Below, piece by piece: positions 27,893-41,329 of a stretch of DNA of 64,000 bases. The position numbers were made by a program, and so were the translations under genes. Each line of letters starts with the position of its first letter. Position 1 is the first letter of the stretch. This DNA is from Geosiphon pyriformis uo1. Lineage: Eukaryota; Fungi; Glomeromycota. The notes under the pieces were generated by a model, which saw only the letters and a program-made list of their open reading frames with translations, was not told the DNA's origin and searched no databases. The stretch is taken from contig JAAOMT010000597.1 in NCBI GenBank assembly GCA_016748015.1, positions 681,555 to 745,554 of the forward strand. Direction: 5' to 3'.

Positions 27893-28829
27893 TTATAGAA
27901 GGGAACCTATAAATTTTACATGTTAAGAATGTGGTGAGTTTATCATCGAAATCAAACTTGCTTACCAGCTTTTTTCCCCCTAACTTCTTTTTATTACTTA
28001 GGAATCAGGATAGTTAATTTTCCGTTTTAATTCTATAAGACTCAATTTTTTGGCATCAAACCATCGCTTGTATTTTTTGCTCAATTTGATTAATTTCTCA
28101 AAAAAAAAAAGGTAAAAATTCTTGTAACACTAAGAAAAAAATCTAATAATATACAAAACCCATAGATTCGTGCTACAAAAAACATGCTTTATTTTTCATT
28201 TCATTCCCTTACATCTTTTTTGTACAGTATAAAATCAAATAAATGAGAACATACGCTGGTAGTATTTGTAGTATAGGTTTCAGATCAATTTGCGTTTTCG
28301 CATCGATCATCAATAACTTTTTTACATACTCCACAAATTTAAAACGGGACTTTCCCTTTTTTTTATTTTAATTATTCTACTCTCCCATATTCCTTCATTT
28401 TTGGGCTTCGAACCTTCGGTGATTTATCAAAGCTGCAATAAATTTCTTGTAAATACACAATTCTTTATGAATATAATAAATTTACCCTTTGTTGTAATTT
28501 GTTACTATTATCCGGCTATTTGCGATTTCCTAATATTTAATAAAGACTAAAATTTAGATTGGCACGCAGTGATTGTTGCCCTTAATATGTCGGCAAACAA
28601 CGAATTGCAGAATTTAGCATGATCTCTCGTCGGTATAAAGAAACACCGGTTGAACCAGTCAATGGAGCGATAGATTAAGAAGAATCAACTCTTATCTGTG
28701 TGAAAAAACAGTCTGCATAAAATCTTGGTTCCTTATCCAAAGTTTTTTGCGGGTATGCATGATGTGCAAGATGTAAGAGTGTATTATTTAGAAATTGTTG
28801 GTTAAAATAATGAGTGTGAATTTTGACAT

Positions 28830-30070
28830 CCTTAAGATTTATATATTAAATTTATTAGATAGAGCAGTGAAAAATAATTTTTATTAAATTTTGTGGGCAC
28901 AAATTATTGTTACTTTATTTAAGTTATTAAATAATAAATATTTTTGTGGATTTTAAATTATTTAATATATATTTTTAACTGTTTTATTAAGTGTAATTCA
29001 ATCATTAATTACTTATGTATAATATATATATTATAATAAATGTAGTTTATTAAAGTTTTATTATTAAGCTTGAAAAGTAATACCAAAAATAGCATAATTA
29101 TTTTAAAAATATAATAATAAACTAACCAACTAATTAAAAATAATATGTTGAAGCATTAAAGCTTTTTTAAATCTTATTATATATTTTTAACAATAATGTA
29201 TTGCTTAAACTAAACTGTTTTTATTTAACAGCTATGATTTATTAAACAATCTAAAAGCATTTTTAATGTTATTACAAAATACAATAATAATAAAAATTGA
29301 TTTTAAATATAATAAAAAAATTGTATTAATAAACTCAATCTTAATAACAATATTTAATAACTTTTAAAAGTGTAAATTTTATATAAAATAGTTTTTATGT
29401 TATTTTAAAAAACCAAAGTAAAACAGTAATTGATATATAATTCAATTAAATTTTTAAAAATATTTTGATTTAACACCATATTTTGATTTATTAATATTAA
29501 GTTAAAAAATTGGTTTTTTATTAATAATAAAGCTATTTATAAGTTATAAAAAAGATAAATTCAATACATTAATAAGAATAATAAAATTGTTTTTTAAATA
29601 CCTATATTAAATAAAATAATTTGAAATGACAAGATAATAACAAAATTTTAAATTCTGTTTATTAAATTATTAAACGTTTCTTTTTTTAATAATTTATTAT
29701 AATTTTAATAACTAAAAATTTAATATATGAGAAAAAATAAATAAAAATAATTATTGCATAAAAAACAATTAATATAAAATATAAAATATATATATGCTTA
29801 TTAAAATACATTATCAATAAATTTATAAAAGTTAAAAAAAAAATTGATTTTTTTATTAGATTGTTTTATTAAAACCTTGGATTTTATATTGTTTTTAAGT
29901 TAATTACTAAAAAAATCTATATATAATGAAAATTTATTTATTAGTTATATTAAAATTTATTTCTTTGTATTTTTATTATTTATTTGAAATTCTTATTAAT
30001 TTCCAAATAAATTAAATATAATTTTTAATATATCTATTAGTATTAATTAAAATAATTTATGTAGTGAATT
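28830..30070. other. Extremely AT-rich block, probably a hypermutated repeat/TE relic
   Basis: Same composition as 23380-24870; boundaries approximate. Confidence 0.5.
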
Positions 30071-32288
30071 GTTGCCTCATGATTTGAAATCACAGATATC
30101 AAATAAATATTGAAAAGTTATGATTGAATATGGTAACATCTTTTTTTTTATTCTAAATTTAAAAGAAATGTAGGTTTTGACATCAATATTTATTTCTAGC
30201 CTAAAATTATTCCTTTCAAAAAAAAATTAAGATTTAAAGATTCCATTATCCCTAATTTAAATATCACACTCATTAAAACCAAACTGATAAAACTTAAATA
30301 CTAATTTTTTTCCCACAATGATCAGGTTATCATTTCGAATCAATCTAATCATCTTTATTGAAAATTTTTTTAGAATTCAAAGATAAAAAAATAGGGCGAA
30401 TTGTTTATGGTTCAAAGAAAAAACCTTTTTTCGTTTGTTTTCACACAATGTGAATGAATAAAATTTGATTGGTTCATAGATAATAAGATCCTTTATGCAA
30501 ATAAACAAGTTAAAGGGTTGACAAAAATGCAAAGAATTCTGCTAAGCATAAATAAACAAGCAATTCTTGGTAAGAATGATATAATGCAAGGAGTGGTGCA
30601 TATTAACACGGGCCAAATAAACTGTGTCCATATTCACAAAATTCTAATATTGGATCTAAAGATGGGATTTTTGGAGTTTCGAAATTTTTAATCAGTTGCA
30701 GCTATTAATAAATTAGTTGGGTATTTTGCGCATAAATAAATTTTAGAAACTAAGATAAAGGAAAGTTGATATTATAAAAATTTAGGGGAACAAGGAGATT
30801 AGGCTTTGTATAGTAAATTTCAATTTGCCTAACAACCTTTGTTTTTGGAAAAAAAAGTTAATTCCGAGTAGTATCCAAGTAATATCCAAGTAAACAAAGT
30901 AGTTTTTCATCAGGACACCTTTTCATCTAAATAAATGATATGTACGAAAAGCAAAGAAATACTTTAGACAGAACGAGTAAAATAATTGGCTGCAAACATT
31001 GCATTGCATCACGGCGAAAAAGTCTTCAAGCTTTTGGCTTTGGCTTTGATTATTACACAAGTTTATCTTCTTGAACAATGAACTGTAACTAGCGTAGGAC
31101 AGCCCAAATGAGGACTATTCAAGAGGATTATCAATTCCCCTACTGATCATGAAATTTATGCTCTCCTTGCTATTTTTCACAGAATTTAGTGGAATATGCA
31201 ATAAATTTTTGCTTCAACGTTGAAATATTTGCAAGGAGTCTCATGCAAAACAAACATCTCAGCATTGCATGTCCTTTATTCCAAATATCTTTTTTCTCGA
31301 ATTAGGTCTAAGATCCCCAGACAAAGGAGTCTGCAAAGCCAATCGAAATTGGCACCTTGAAAATGATAATATTTACATCATCAAATAAAAAAAATCTGCT
31401 ACCTATCTAAAAATGTAATGACTCCCAGAACCAGGGAATTTCTTCTTTGAAGCAGAAACTTCTTTAGATGATTCAATAACATTTAGTGTATCATCAAGCA
31501 AAGCTTAAACTGTTAAACTTGTACTTTTTGCTCAAGAATTTTTGAACGCTAAAAATATTCTTATTTTACTAGTTTAAGAACCTTAAAATTTTGAGTCTGA
31601 AAAAAAACTATTCAACCCGATTTATAGGGTATTCAGTTCCACTAAATAAAGTTCAATAAAAAATTTTATCTTTGAATATTAATGATATTCTATGTTTACA
31701 AAGTTTCACTAAGATGGGTGATATAATCAAATCCTAGCAGGTGTTTTTTTTTCTTTTCGCAGTTGGTACGAAATGATAACATGTTTACGCTCACATTCAT
31801 AAATTGGTGATAGTTTTTATTTATACCGGAAAATAATCTCAGAGTTTTGTAAGGTTGTTGAAGACCATATTTCAAATTTCAGATTAATAAATATTACTTT
31901 ATCTATTAGAAGAGTATAATTCGATATCTTCTAAATGAAAAATTATATATGAAAATAATATTTAAACTTGAAACTTTGGCACATTAAGCCTATATCTTTT
32001 TGAAAGAAAAAATTTCTTTTATTAAAAACTATGGCATTGATATCATTTTGATTACTGACACTTAAATTAATTCCTTAGTGAATAAAATTCATTAAAGTTT
32101 ATGAGTTTATTTTAAACTTTAAATTGGACATTTCAAAAAAAGGTGTAAAAATTAACATTGTTTTATATTTAATAATTAAACTTTATTTCTTTAGCGTATA
32201 CAAAAATTTACAAAAATGATATTATAAATGATAATACCGCCTCAAAGTAGAAGAGGTTTGCCATAAATATCAATAAAAGAATATAGAA

Positions 32289-32330
<42 letters not shown>

Positions 32331-34069
32331 AAAACGGTTATAAACAATGAAAATATAAGTTTTACATTAATTTCATCAGAGTCTGAGTAATTCACTTTTC
32401 TAACCTTTTCCGCTCTTATTTAAAATATAAACCCTTCAATCGAATGAAAGACAATATTAAAAACGATAATTCACATATTCTAAAGACCCTCTGAAAAATT
32501 TGCTCAGAATAAAAGAAAGATTGTGAAACTGCAGGAGTAAATTTAACAAGGGAAATAAGACTGAAATAATCAAAATCCCAAGTATAACGATTTGAAAACA
32601 AAAAAAAATCGATTTTTATTTTGTTTTTGTCTGAACGAAAATACGATATTTGCGTTTAAGTGGCTTTATGAAAATTTGCTTTCACTATAGAAAATTCTGG
32701 TATTTTGGTTCATTAGATTTGATTAAATCGGTTTATGACACTATTTAAAAAAAATTCTTTAAGAATGACAAAAATTCATACCAATCAATTATTATTTTTC
32801 AACCAAATTGTGATAATCTAATGCAGAATTTTTTATTAAATAATTCTAAACATCCATGTAGAATAAAATAATTTTTTTGCTTTTGTACATGACCCGAAAT
32901 TCATCCTAATATATAATCAGATATGTCTAATATCATTTTCATATGACTTTAAATTAAATTAAATTACTAAAATTGTATTTTCATCAAATTTAATTATTTT
33001 GATATAATTTTATCAATTAAAAAGCAAAGAAAAAAATATATCAAGTTTTTAAATTTATTAAAAAAGCTTTGAATTTTATTTGAATCAAGTAAAAAACTTT
33101 CAAAATATGAAATTTTGATTTGAGGCCATAAAAAAGATGTTGTTTCTATACAATTAATTCTTTATTAAAATTCAATATAAAAAAATTTTTCTTGAATTTT
33201 TTGGGAATGTATATTTCTTAATAATATTTTTAAATAAAAATTTTTATATTTTATATATTTTAAACTAAACTATCAATCTTTTTTATATAATTTAAAAATA
33301 TATTAAAAATTTAATATTTAATTCAATATATCTTGTTTTATTAAAGCTTTGAAGAGTTTATGAGTTTTTAAAACTTTGAAAATTTTTTCACTGAAAATTC
33401 ATTAAAATAATTCTGAATACTATTTATTAAATTTTAAACCTAAAGTCAAAAATTTTATCAACTAATTATATTCAATTAAATATTATATTTTTTCGGTTCA
33501 TTTTCATCCAGGTCCCAAGACCTTTGTTAAAAATATATAAACTGCTTTTCCATTCAAGAGTGTCCAAAATATATATGTATATTCTCTCTTATTTCTATAT
33601 AAAAATACATTTTTTTACACTAAATGGAAACTAAAAACTATCGTAGACTCCTATATTTTTTGGAAGAAATTTGCAAAAAACGTACTAGTTTCTAATATGA
33701 AAGGGGCTTAACTTTCTTACAAGAACCTAATATCTACTTTTAAAAAATTAATATTTATTATAAGCTGCACAGCTACGTTCAAAAGTTTGTAACTTAAAAA
33801 CTTTATATTATCAATTTTTTTGAAAAGATTTATAGGATACCAAAAGAAAATATTTCAAGGGCAAACATTAGAAAGAATCAAATGAATTGTAAACTAACAA
33901 AAACTTATTTATAAAAAACCTAATAATGAAAACTTATTTATTAGATATTTTAGTTTGAATAGTTCTTTTGGCTTTTTATAATTTATAATACTTATATATT
34001 CGGATTAAGTGTAATTAAATTTAATCATATTGAGTGTCTTTGATAAATTAATTACATTTATTAATAACT

Positions 34070-34109
34070 AATACTCATACTCATACTCATACTCATACTA
34101 ATCTCATAC

Positions 34110-34146
<37 letters not shown>
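34070..34146. repeat. (ATACTC)n + (AAT)n microsatellite
   Basis: Visible tandem units. Confidence 0.9.
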
Positions 34147-34147
<1 letters not shown>

Positions 34148-36099
34148 TGGATCGTACTTTAAAACTAGTCGCCTTTAATATTACACTACACGTAATTATC
34201 ATAATTATCTTATATATTCAATAAAATTCGGTTGAAAAATGAACTAAAATTAATTACCTAATTTTTTTTAACTAAAGCGGAATATCTAATATTAAAATGA
34301 AGTAATAAAAACAAGCTTACATCAAGAAAAAGTTGAAAAAGAATTTATTTGTTCAATAGATCCGGAGAATATTTTGCTGCATATATCTTACTTGCATTTT
34401 ATACTATACTTTTATTCGAATACCCGGGAAAAATAAACATTTACCTAATTTGATTTTGAATTTCACGTAAAACATTCATGTACCCCAGAAAAATGAATCT
34501 TTTTCATCGTGAGCAAATAAAACCCGCTCAATATTTCGAAATCAGGAAATTTCTATGCCTATGCCGAGTCAACCCTGAGCTCACCTTAGCTTAAAGAGAT
34601 TTCCATGATTTATTACTTGAAAGTGGAAAAAGTACCTACTTTTGAGAACAATGGTTTTCAAATTTGAAAGTAAGATTTTAGAATTAAGGGGTGGTATTGT
34701 GTAAGTGTTAAACTTTTTCAAATTTTATTATAGTCATATTTTACTCATGAGAATATTTATTTATTTATAAATTTAGATATAAACACCCTATTTTTCTATG
34801 GGATAAATTAATACTTCGGACTCTAATTAAATTCATAAGCTTTATTCACTTTCGAAAACTTTTCTTACCCCTCAAAATTTCGCTCATACAAAATACATTT
34901 ATAATGCATGATACTGTCATAAACTTTTTGTGAACTTGGTTGATCTCTATTGATTGCTTCTGCACCCCATTTGATGCATGCTAATGAATATTGTGATATC
35001 TACTATTTTAGAATCATGACAAAATACATTTCCCCCACAATTTTCCATTGTTTCATGAGCTAGCAGCTGCAATGCACGAATCAGAAAGATCAACTAGTAT
35101 TTTCTTTATGTCTTTATAAAATTAAAGTTTCCAATGTTTATAGTATTTATAATATTTATAATGCTCATAATGCTTATAATATTTCATCTGTTAACATTGT
35201 CATAATGAACCAACCATTAGAAATCCTTTTTCTATCATTTCTAAATATAGTTTTAGATTAGTTGTGAACAAAGATAGAATTTTTGTAAAACTTTGATATC
35301 CTCCTATGATAAATGGATCCTTATGTCGAATTCATTAAAAAGCTTCAAAAAATGAATATTAATGAATATATTTCAACTCTTACTTGAAAAATTATCTGAT
35401 GTCAAAGTGATTGAACCAATTTGTATGCAGGATATTCTGACTTTATCTTTAAAAACAAAGAGCTTAATGGTTCTTTCATTTAACCAATCCAAAAATGAAA
35501 TTTTAATTAGTAGTAGTTCACATTCCTTACTTATTTACTAATTTGAAATGTACTAAATCATCTTATAAGAATTTCTTTTTATTTTAATATATTATACAAA
35601 TGATGAAAATATATGTTACAGAAATATTTTAAAAGTATTTTGATTTCACAAATTAATGTGAACCTAAATGATTAATTTTTTTGCTTGAAAATTTTCAGAA
35701 AATTATATTTTGCTTACTTAAATCTTTTAATTAATTTGCATCTAATTTCATTGTGAAATATGAGTTTTATCACGAATTTGCATAATTTGGTTTCTGAATT
35801 TAAAGTTTTATTTAAAAAAAGAATTTTGAATATTTATAATTTTATTTTAGTGGAATTGAATTTCAATTATAAGAGCTTTAAAAATAAAGTAGTTTAAGCT
35901 TAAAATAACGTAATTAGTAAGAATTAAATTATTATTTTTCATTACCTTATCAAAATCGAGATTTTTAATCGGTTGCTTTCTTTTTTCACTTTTGACAACT
36001 GAAAAATAGTAACCTATTTTGAAATGGATAATTTTGAATAAAAAAACAATATCTTATAATATTTAACATCTTGAAATTAGTGAAGCTTTTATTAGAATT

Positions 36100-37495
36100 T
36101 TAAGCTTTTAAGTGTATTTCTTCTTGGCGGAAAACCAGTAGATGACAAAGAACCAAACGAAAATTAAAAGAAAATGGTCATTATGGTATCTCATGATAAT
36201 ATAGAGCCTAATTACAAAGAACAATACCGAATCTCTTAAATTCAACCGCTTTGTTTTCCTTTGCATAATATTTTATCGATTATATTCAGGAAAGTATGAG
36301 TTTTTCCGAGACTTTGCTGTTTTCAAGAATGTCAAGTCCATCAGAATGTGAAATACAAACATGAGCTATCAATTTATTAGATTTTCTAAATTATTTAATG
36401 TATAGGGCAATTCCCGAGTGCAAATTTGAATTTGATATTATTACATTGAATATCCTTTTTTTTTGCATGAAAATCAGGTAAATGGTATTTCTAAAATTGC
36501 TTGCAATGTGAGTAAAAATACGGTATTTCTTTCCTCAGGGATTCATTTGCAGTTGTTCAGAAAACTTTTCAAATTTCGAGAAAGTAGAGTCCTTTAAAAA
36601 CTGATGAAAAACAAAGCATGACATCAAAAATTAGAGTTTAGCTATCCCTATCCCTTTCTTAAAAAGTTCTTCTCATGTACTCTTTAGAGTAAAAAAATTT
36701 CTTAGAGCCTTCATGTCTTCATTTACCAGAAGGAAATTTTACTTAAAATAATACTCAAAGAAAAATTTCAAGATTTCTATTAAGTATCTCATTTTTTGTT
36801 GAGTATGTCTGTTTCTTTTTCGTTGAATCTTTATTTGAAAAACCAGGCAAAGTTAATTCTTCATTGCCTAAATTGGGAGTAAAATCTAAAGACTTGAGAT
36901 CAATTTTTGGTCAAGAATTAATTCCATTCATTTTCTATTCCTACCTGATTTTAAATTAAAAACAAAAATTATTTTATCATGAAACAAATTCCGATAGCCA
37001 TTACCTTTAAGATGCTTTTCAGCTAGAATCAATTTAATTTATGGAATAGTGCTAAACGTTGAAATACTTTGTGGCTGGCAGATTGTGTGTTTATTTTTTA
37101 TACTTTGAAAAGAATTTTTCGCTGAATTTGGTTTCGCTCTAAGCGATGGCAAAATTTTTCCAAAGATAGTCGTAAATTAAAGACTTTCTTCAAAAAGTCA
37201 CTGAAGCTCGAATGGTGGATAGACAGGACAGAAGATGATTAGGTATTGATACATCTGTAAACTATTCAAAACTGAATTTTTGCCTTCGAACTTTTATAGA
37301 TAAAAGAATGACTGAACTAATTTATTAATTAACCTCTAGAGACTATAAAGCAACTTATTGAGGTGATCTCATATATTTATTCAATGGGGCTGGCGAACGG
37401 AAAATCGTTTGCAAGTAATCCGTAATATCTGCAAAGAATGAACACTACTAGAAAAAACCTTGAACAAGAATTAAAATTTACCCTGGTCAATGTAC
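36100..37495 (-). pseudogene. Possible decayed F-box/LRR-like gene
   Basis: Minus-strand PG*ILILV..SVHSLQILRITCKRF (~37490-37400) resembles the F-box pattern LPxEILxxIF..SLxxLRLTCKRF. Downstream are leucine-rich fragments with many stops. Confidence 0.3.
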
Positions 37496-37941
37496 AGGAT
37501 CAATTAAAAGGAAAAGGCTTCGCCTTTTAAATATATAAAATTATTAGCACAATTCTTGTTTTTCTTTATTTTAGATATTCAAAAACCACCATAATTAAAC
37601 CCCATTTAGCTCGAAACGTAAACTTTGATGGTATAGGATCATTGAAACCATGATCGGTAAATCATTTTAACTTGACTATTACGCTATTCTCCAAGTTTTT
37701 TTTCTGTGCCAAAAGTATACTTTTGAAAATAGTCATTTTGTTTTCTTAGATTATTTGTTCTCTCTTTTCGAACAGTTGTAATTTGTCGTCAAATGTAAAT
37801 AATGATAAACTCTAATTTTTTGCTGAAATCAAACAGTTGTGGTCAACTGAGTATTCATATTTCCTCGATAATAGAGTATTCTACATGTATTTCGAAACTA
37901 TTTTGTTTTCGAAAAAATTGCTCTCTCCTTCTTTGGTGTGG

Positions 37942-39900
37942 TTAAACAATCTGGGATCTGCACCGTCTCAAATTGATTTTCTTCACTTTGTTAAAGTAAA
38001 AGCACTCGTCTAAAAATGACTTCTCATCGCTCGAGTTGTCGACTCCTTCAATGACTCTCAAGCTATTCCGGACAATTTCCTGTGCCGGAAAGATGTATAA
38101 AATATTGTGGTCACAAATTAGGAAATTCCGCAAACAATAAAACATTACTTACACGCATCTGGATTGTTATCGCCAAGAACTTTAACATACTTGCAAGACC
38201 AGTGGGACTGAACTCCTCCGGCAGCCTCCTTTTTGAACACCAGAGCAGAGCCACCAGCTTGCCATACTCTAACTAGCTGAGCGTATAATCCTATAAGAAA
38301 CCCAGCATGTGCTTTAGAAAACCCAATTGAAGACAAAAATGTTGAACATGCGTACTTACTAAAATGGAACATTCCCACAACATGTAGCTTATTCACACAA
38401 CTCTCGTCAAAATTGACAGCCCACATCAATTCACCAAAAATATCTTTTATTGTCTTCCCCAAATTCAGTGATTCTTTAAGGCACTTCATATCATGCTCCC
38501 CATTTAGAGCATCGCGGCCTCAAGCGCACCATATTTGTACCCTCCCTCAACCTTCCTAATTAGTCCATCTATACTGTTCCAGTTTTTGCAGTTCGCGCTG
38601 GCCAAGCTGGAGCCTTCAGATCTGTACTTGTCAAGGAACGGATAGAAATGTTTCAGTGATTTGGGTTCTCTACTTACTGCCCATTACCCCGAACACGATA
38701 AATTACATACTAAACAACGTCCATGCCCATGCTGGGGTCCCTAATTGCAAAATCAAAAAGTTTCGAGTAGAGAACTAAGCTTCTAGCTGTGTTTTTGCAA
38801 GAGGTTTTCTTGGATTTTCCCATAAGTTCAACCTATATGAAAGCCTGTCAACATTATGGAATGTATGTCGACAACAACACAAAACAAATTACATTCCTGG
38901 TCATAGTGGCATTGTTTATTATAAGTTTTGTTGGCTGGGAAGTAAGATTCCATGACAACTTTTCGAAGCTCCGTGAGTAAATTCTATCAATTGTTTTGGA
39001 GGAAAAAGAAAAGATGTCTCAGTATTAAACTAATAGATCTTGAATGCAAGAGCACAATTGTGTACTAATCTTTTTATATCTAGCCAAAATAGCCGCAAAC
39101 TCATTCGTGATTGGCGGTAATCCAAGCTAGTCATTTGTTATTTCATTCCATAAAAAAGCACTTGACTTTATCATTAATGTTAATAAGGAAAAAGTGCAAC
39201 GAACTTGATGGTACATAATTAAAATGAGATACCAAAGAATAACATTAAAATCCATCATTATATTTGTTTATAATGTTTCAAATAACCAATACTTACTGTT
39301 CATTTACCAATCCTTTTCCATATTTATACAACGTATCCTCCACTATCTTGCCCGTACTCAATACATATTTGTTATTATCACGGATAGAATGAAAAACAAT
39401 TCTCAACATCTAATGGCTGGTCCTCATCAGAAGTCTGATTATGTTCAATATGAGCCTGGTAATTATCATTATAATCTTCTTTTCTGAGGTGACACTGGCC
39501 CAACTCTATTTAGAATTTAGTATCAAATAACCTTAAGTAGAAGGTGCCATTGGAGTAGTGAAGACGGACTTCGACACCAGATGAGATGAACTTCCTAGTG
39601 TGCTGCCGAAATTTGCTGTGGCCAAACATGGCAAAGACGGACTTCAAACACCAGAAGAGATGGACTCCCTGATGTGCCAAGCACAAAAGGAAAAAATTTA
39701 ACATTATCTTCCATGTTTCCAGAAGATTCGTGGCTTCCATTTGTGCTGTCAAGCTAAAAAGCAGTTGAATCAAACAAGCTTTCAAGATCCTTTCGCAGCG
39801 CACGCCATAGAGATTCGGGTATAGAATAAACCTTCCTGTAATGCTTTATCAGCTCGGACGGGTCCCATTTCACGGTTTGATTGAAGAAATAATCACATGT
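37942..39900 (-). pseudogene. Pseudogene of the Mucoromycota PD-(D/E)xK nuclease-like family (Crinkler-associated REase type)
   Basis: Ordered minus-strand motifs are DYFFNQTVKWDP, KYVLSTGKIVEDTLYKYG..E (39380-39295), LHFFLININD, ELRKVV..HYD, EGSSLASANCKN..IDGLIR..YKYGALEAA, and KCLKESLNLGKTIKDIF..VVGMFHF|GLYAQLV. GTAAGT..AG introns are present, along with several frameshifts and stops. Confidence 0.72.
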
Positions 39901-40424
39901 TTTTGTTTGTGAAAAAGATTTTGTTTTGTGGAAAAAACAATCTTTAAATCAAATTTGTGTAGCCAAAGCAATAGGCGCAGCTCCACCTTTACTGCACGTG
40001 ATCAGCCACCCGAGCCGATCAGGGCAAACTTACTACTTAATCCCCCATAGCTGAAATTTAATATGCGCGTGACATATTGATACCATTAAATATGCGTATA
40101 ATAATTAAATTACCTTTAATAGCATTTATTTTTTCTTCAATATTTTTATACATTATAATACAAATTTGCTGAATTTAACAAAATACAAATTTTTATAATT
40201 TTATTAAAATGTTTTTTCTAAAAAGGCTTCAGCGGAGAAAAAACGTTTTAAAAATATTACCAACGAATCCCTTATTTCAAAGAGTTTGGATCATGAATAT
40301 TGATTTCAAATAAGTATAGTAAAGATTTCAATTTTGGTTTAAAAATCAGCCAAAGCTGTGCTGAGCTCATTTTTCATTTGACTGCTCGGCGAAATTTTAG
40401 ACTACTGGAGTACAATATTTTGTA

Positions 40425-40825
40425 CAGTCCCGGCTGAATTTTTAACTATCCGGGATATTGATTTTATTAGGCAACGGTAATATGAGTGATTTTCCGCATT
40501 CCATTCCTCTTTAGCCATTTGCTCTAACTCCCGAATGCTGATTGATGAGGATGGCGTTTACGAAGTCCCAACCAGATATACTCAATTGGATTTGGGGAGG
40601 CCAGGAGAGTAGTTTCACACGCTGAGAAATGAAGAACTTTTGGACAGCTTTAGTGATGTGGGTAGGTGCATTACCCTCTTGAAGGGGAATTTTTTTTATC
40701 CTGACGAGCATGCCCTGCCATTAAAAGCATGCGCGACTCACTATGCTTTACTGTTGTCTATTGTCCATTGTTCATTCACTTCGTTCTAAAGCTCAGTTTG
40801 GACGTTTGTTCTTTTTAATTGCTGA
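40425..40825 (-). mobile_element. Internally deleted Tc1/mariner relic (DDE C-terminus plus 3' TIR)
   Basis: Minus-strand remnants are TVKH, LQEGNAPTHITKAV..LLSWPPQ and ELEQMAKEEW..LIKSI. The terminus reads TA|CAGTCCCGGCTGAA on the plus strand (TA at 40423-40424). Confidence 0.8.
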
Positions 40826-40829
40826 AATG

Positions 40830-41270
40830 AGTGCGCCGCAAAAGTATCTGGCCCCCAATAGACAAAGAATGATATAAATGCTCATCATTTATACCTTTTA
40901 TAGATTGATAGATGTTCTAAATCAGGTATTTTATGGTGATCAAGTTCTATGGCGCAAAAATGTCTCCCAATACATATGCAATACGAAATCGCTTTCTTAA
41001 ATAAACATCCCAAAGGCCCAAAACTTAGCAATTTATTGGCTATGGAACGAAACAAAAGACCTAAGTGGCCAACCAAAATCGAAAAAGAAATTAATCCAAC
41101 CGCCACTGATATACAATGGGAAATAAAAAAAACAAGGTTAACATTAATGTAAACAATATTTAACGACACCTGCATGAGGTTGAGAGTAAGTATATGGCTA
41201 AAACTTTCCAAACCTTTACTGACTGACAAACACAAAAAATCGTTGAATAAATGGCTGTCAAAAATAATTG
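40830..41270 (+). mobile_element. 5' fragment of a second Tc1/mariner family (TIR plus HTH region)
   Basis: AGTGCGCCGCAAAAGTATCTGGCCCCC is a Tc1-type TIR. It is followed by MAQKCLPIHMQYEIAFLNKHPKGPKLS and SKPLLTDKHKK (Tc1/Tc3 KPLLT motif). The element is truncated before the DDE domain. Confidence 0.7.
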
Positions 41271-41329
41271 ATACTTGTCATTGAATTCTAAGAGTGTCAA
41301 CTGAAGTATAGAATTATCTTTTATTGACA

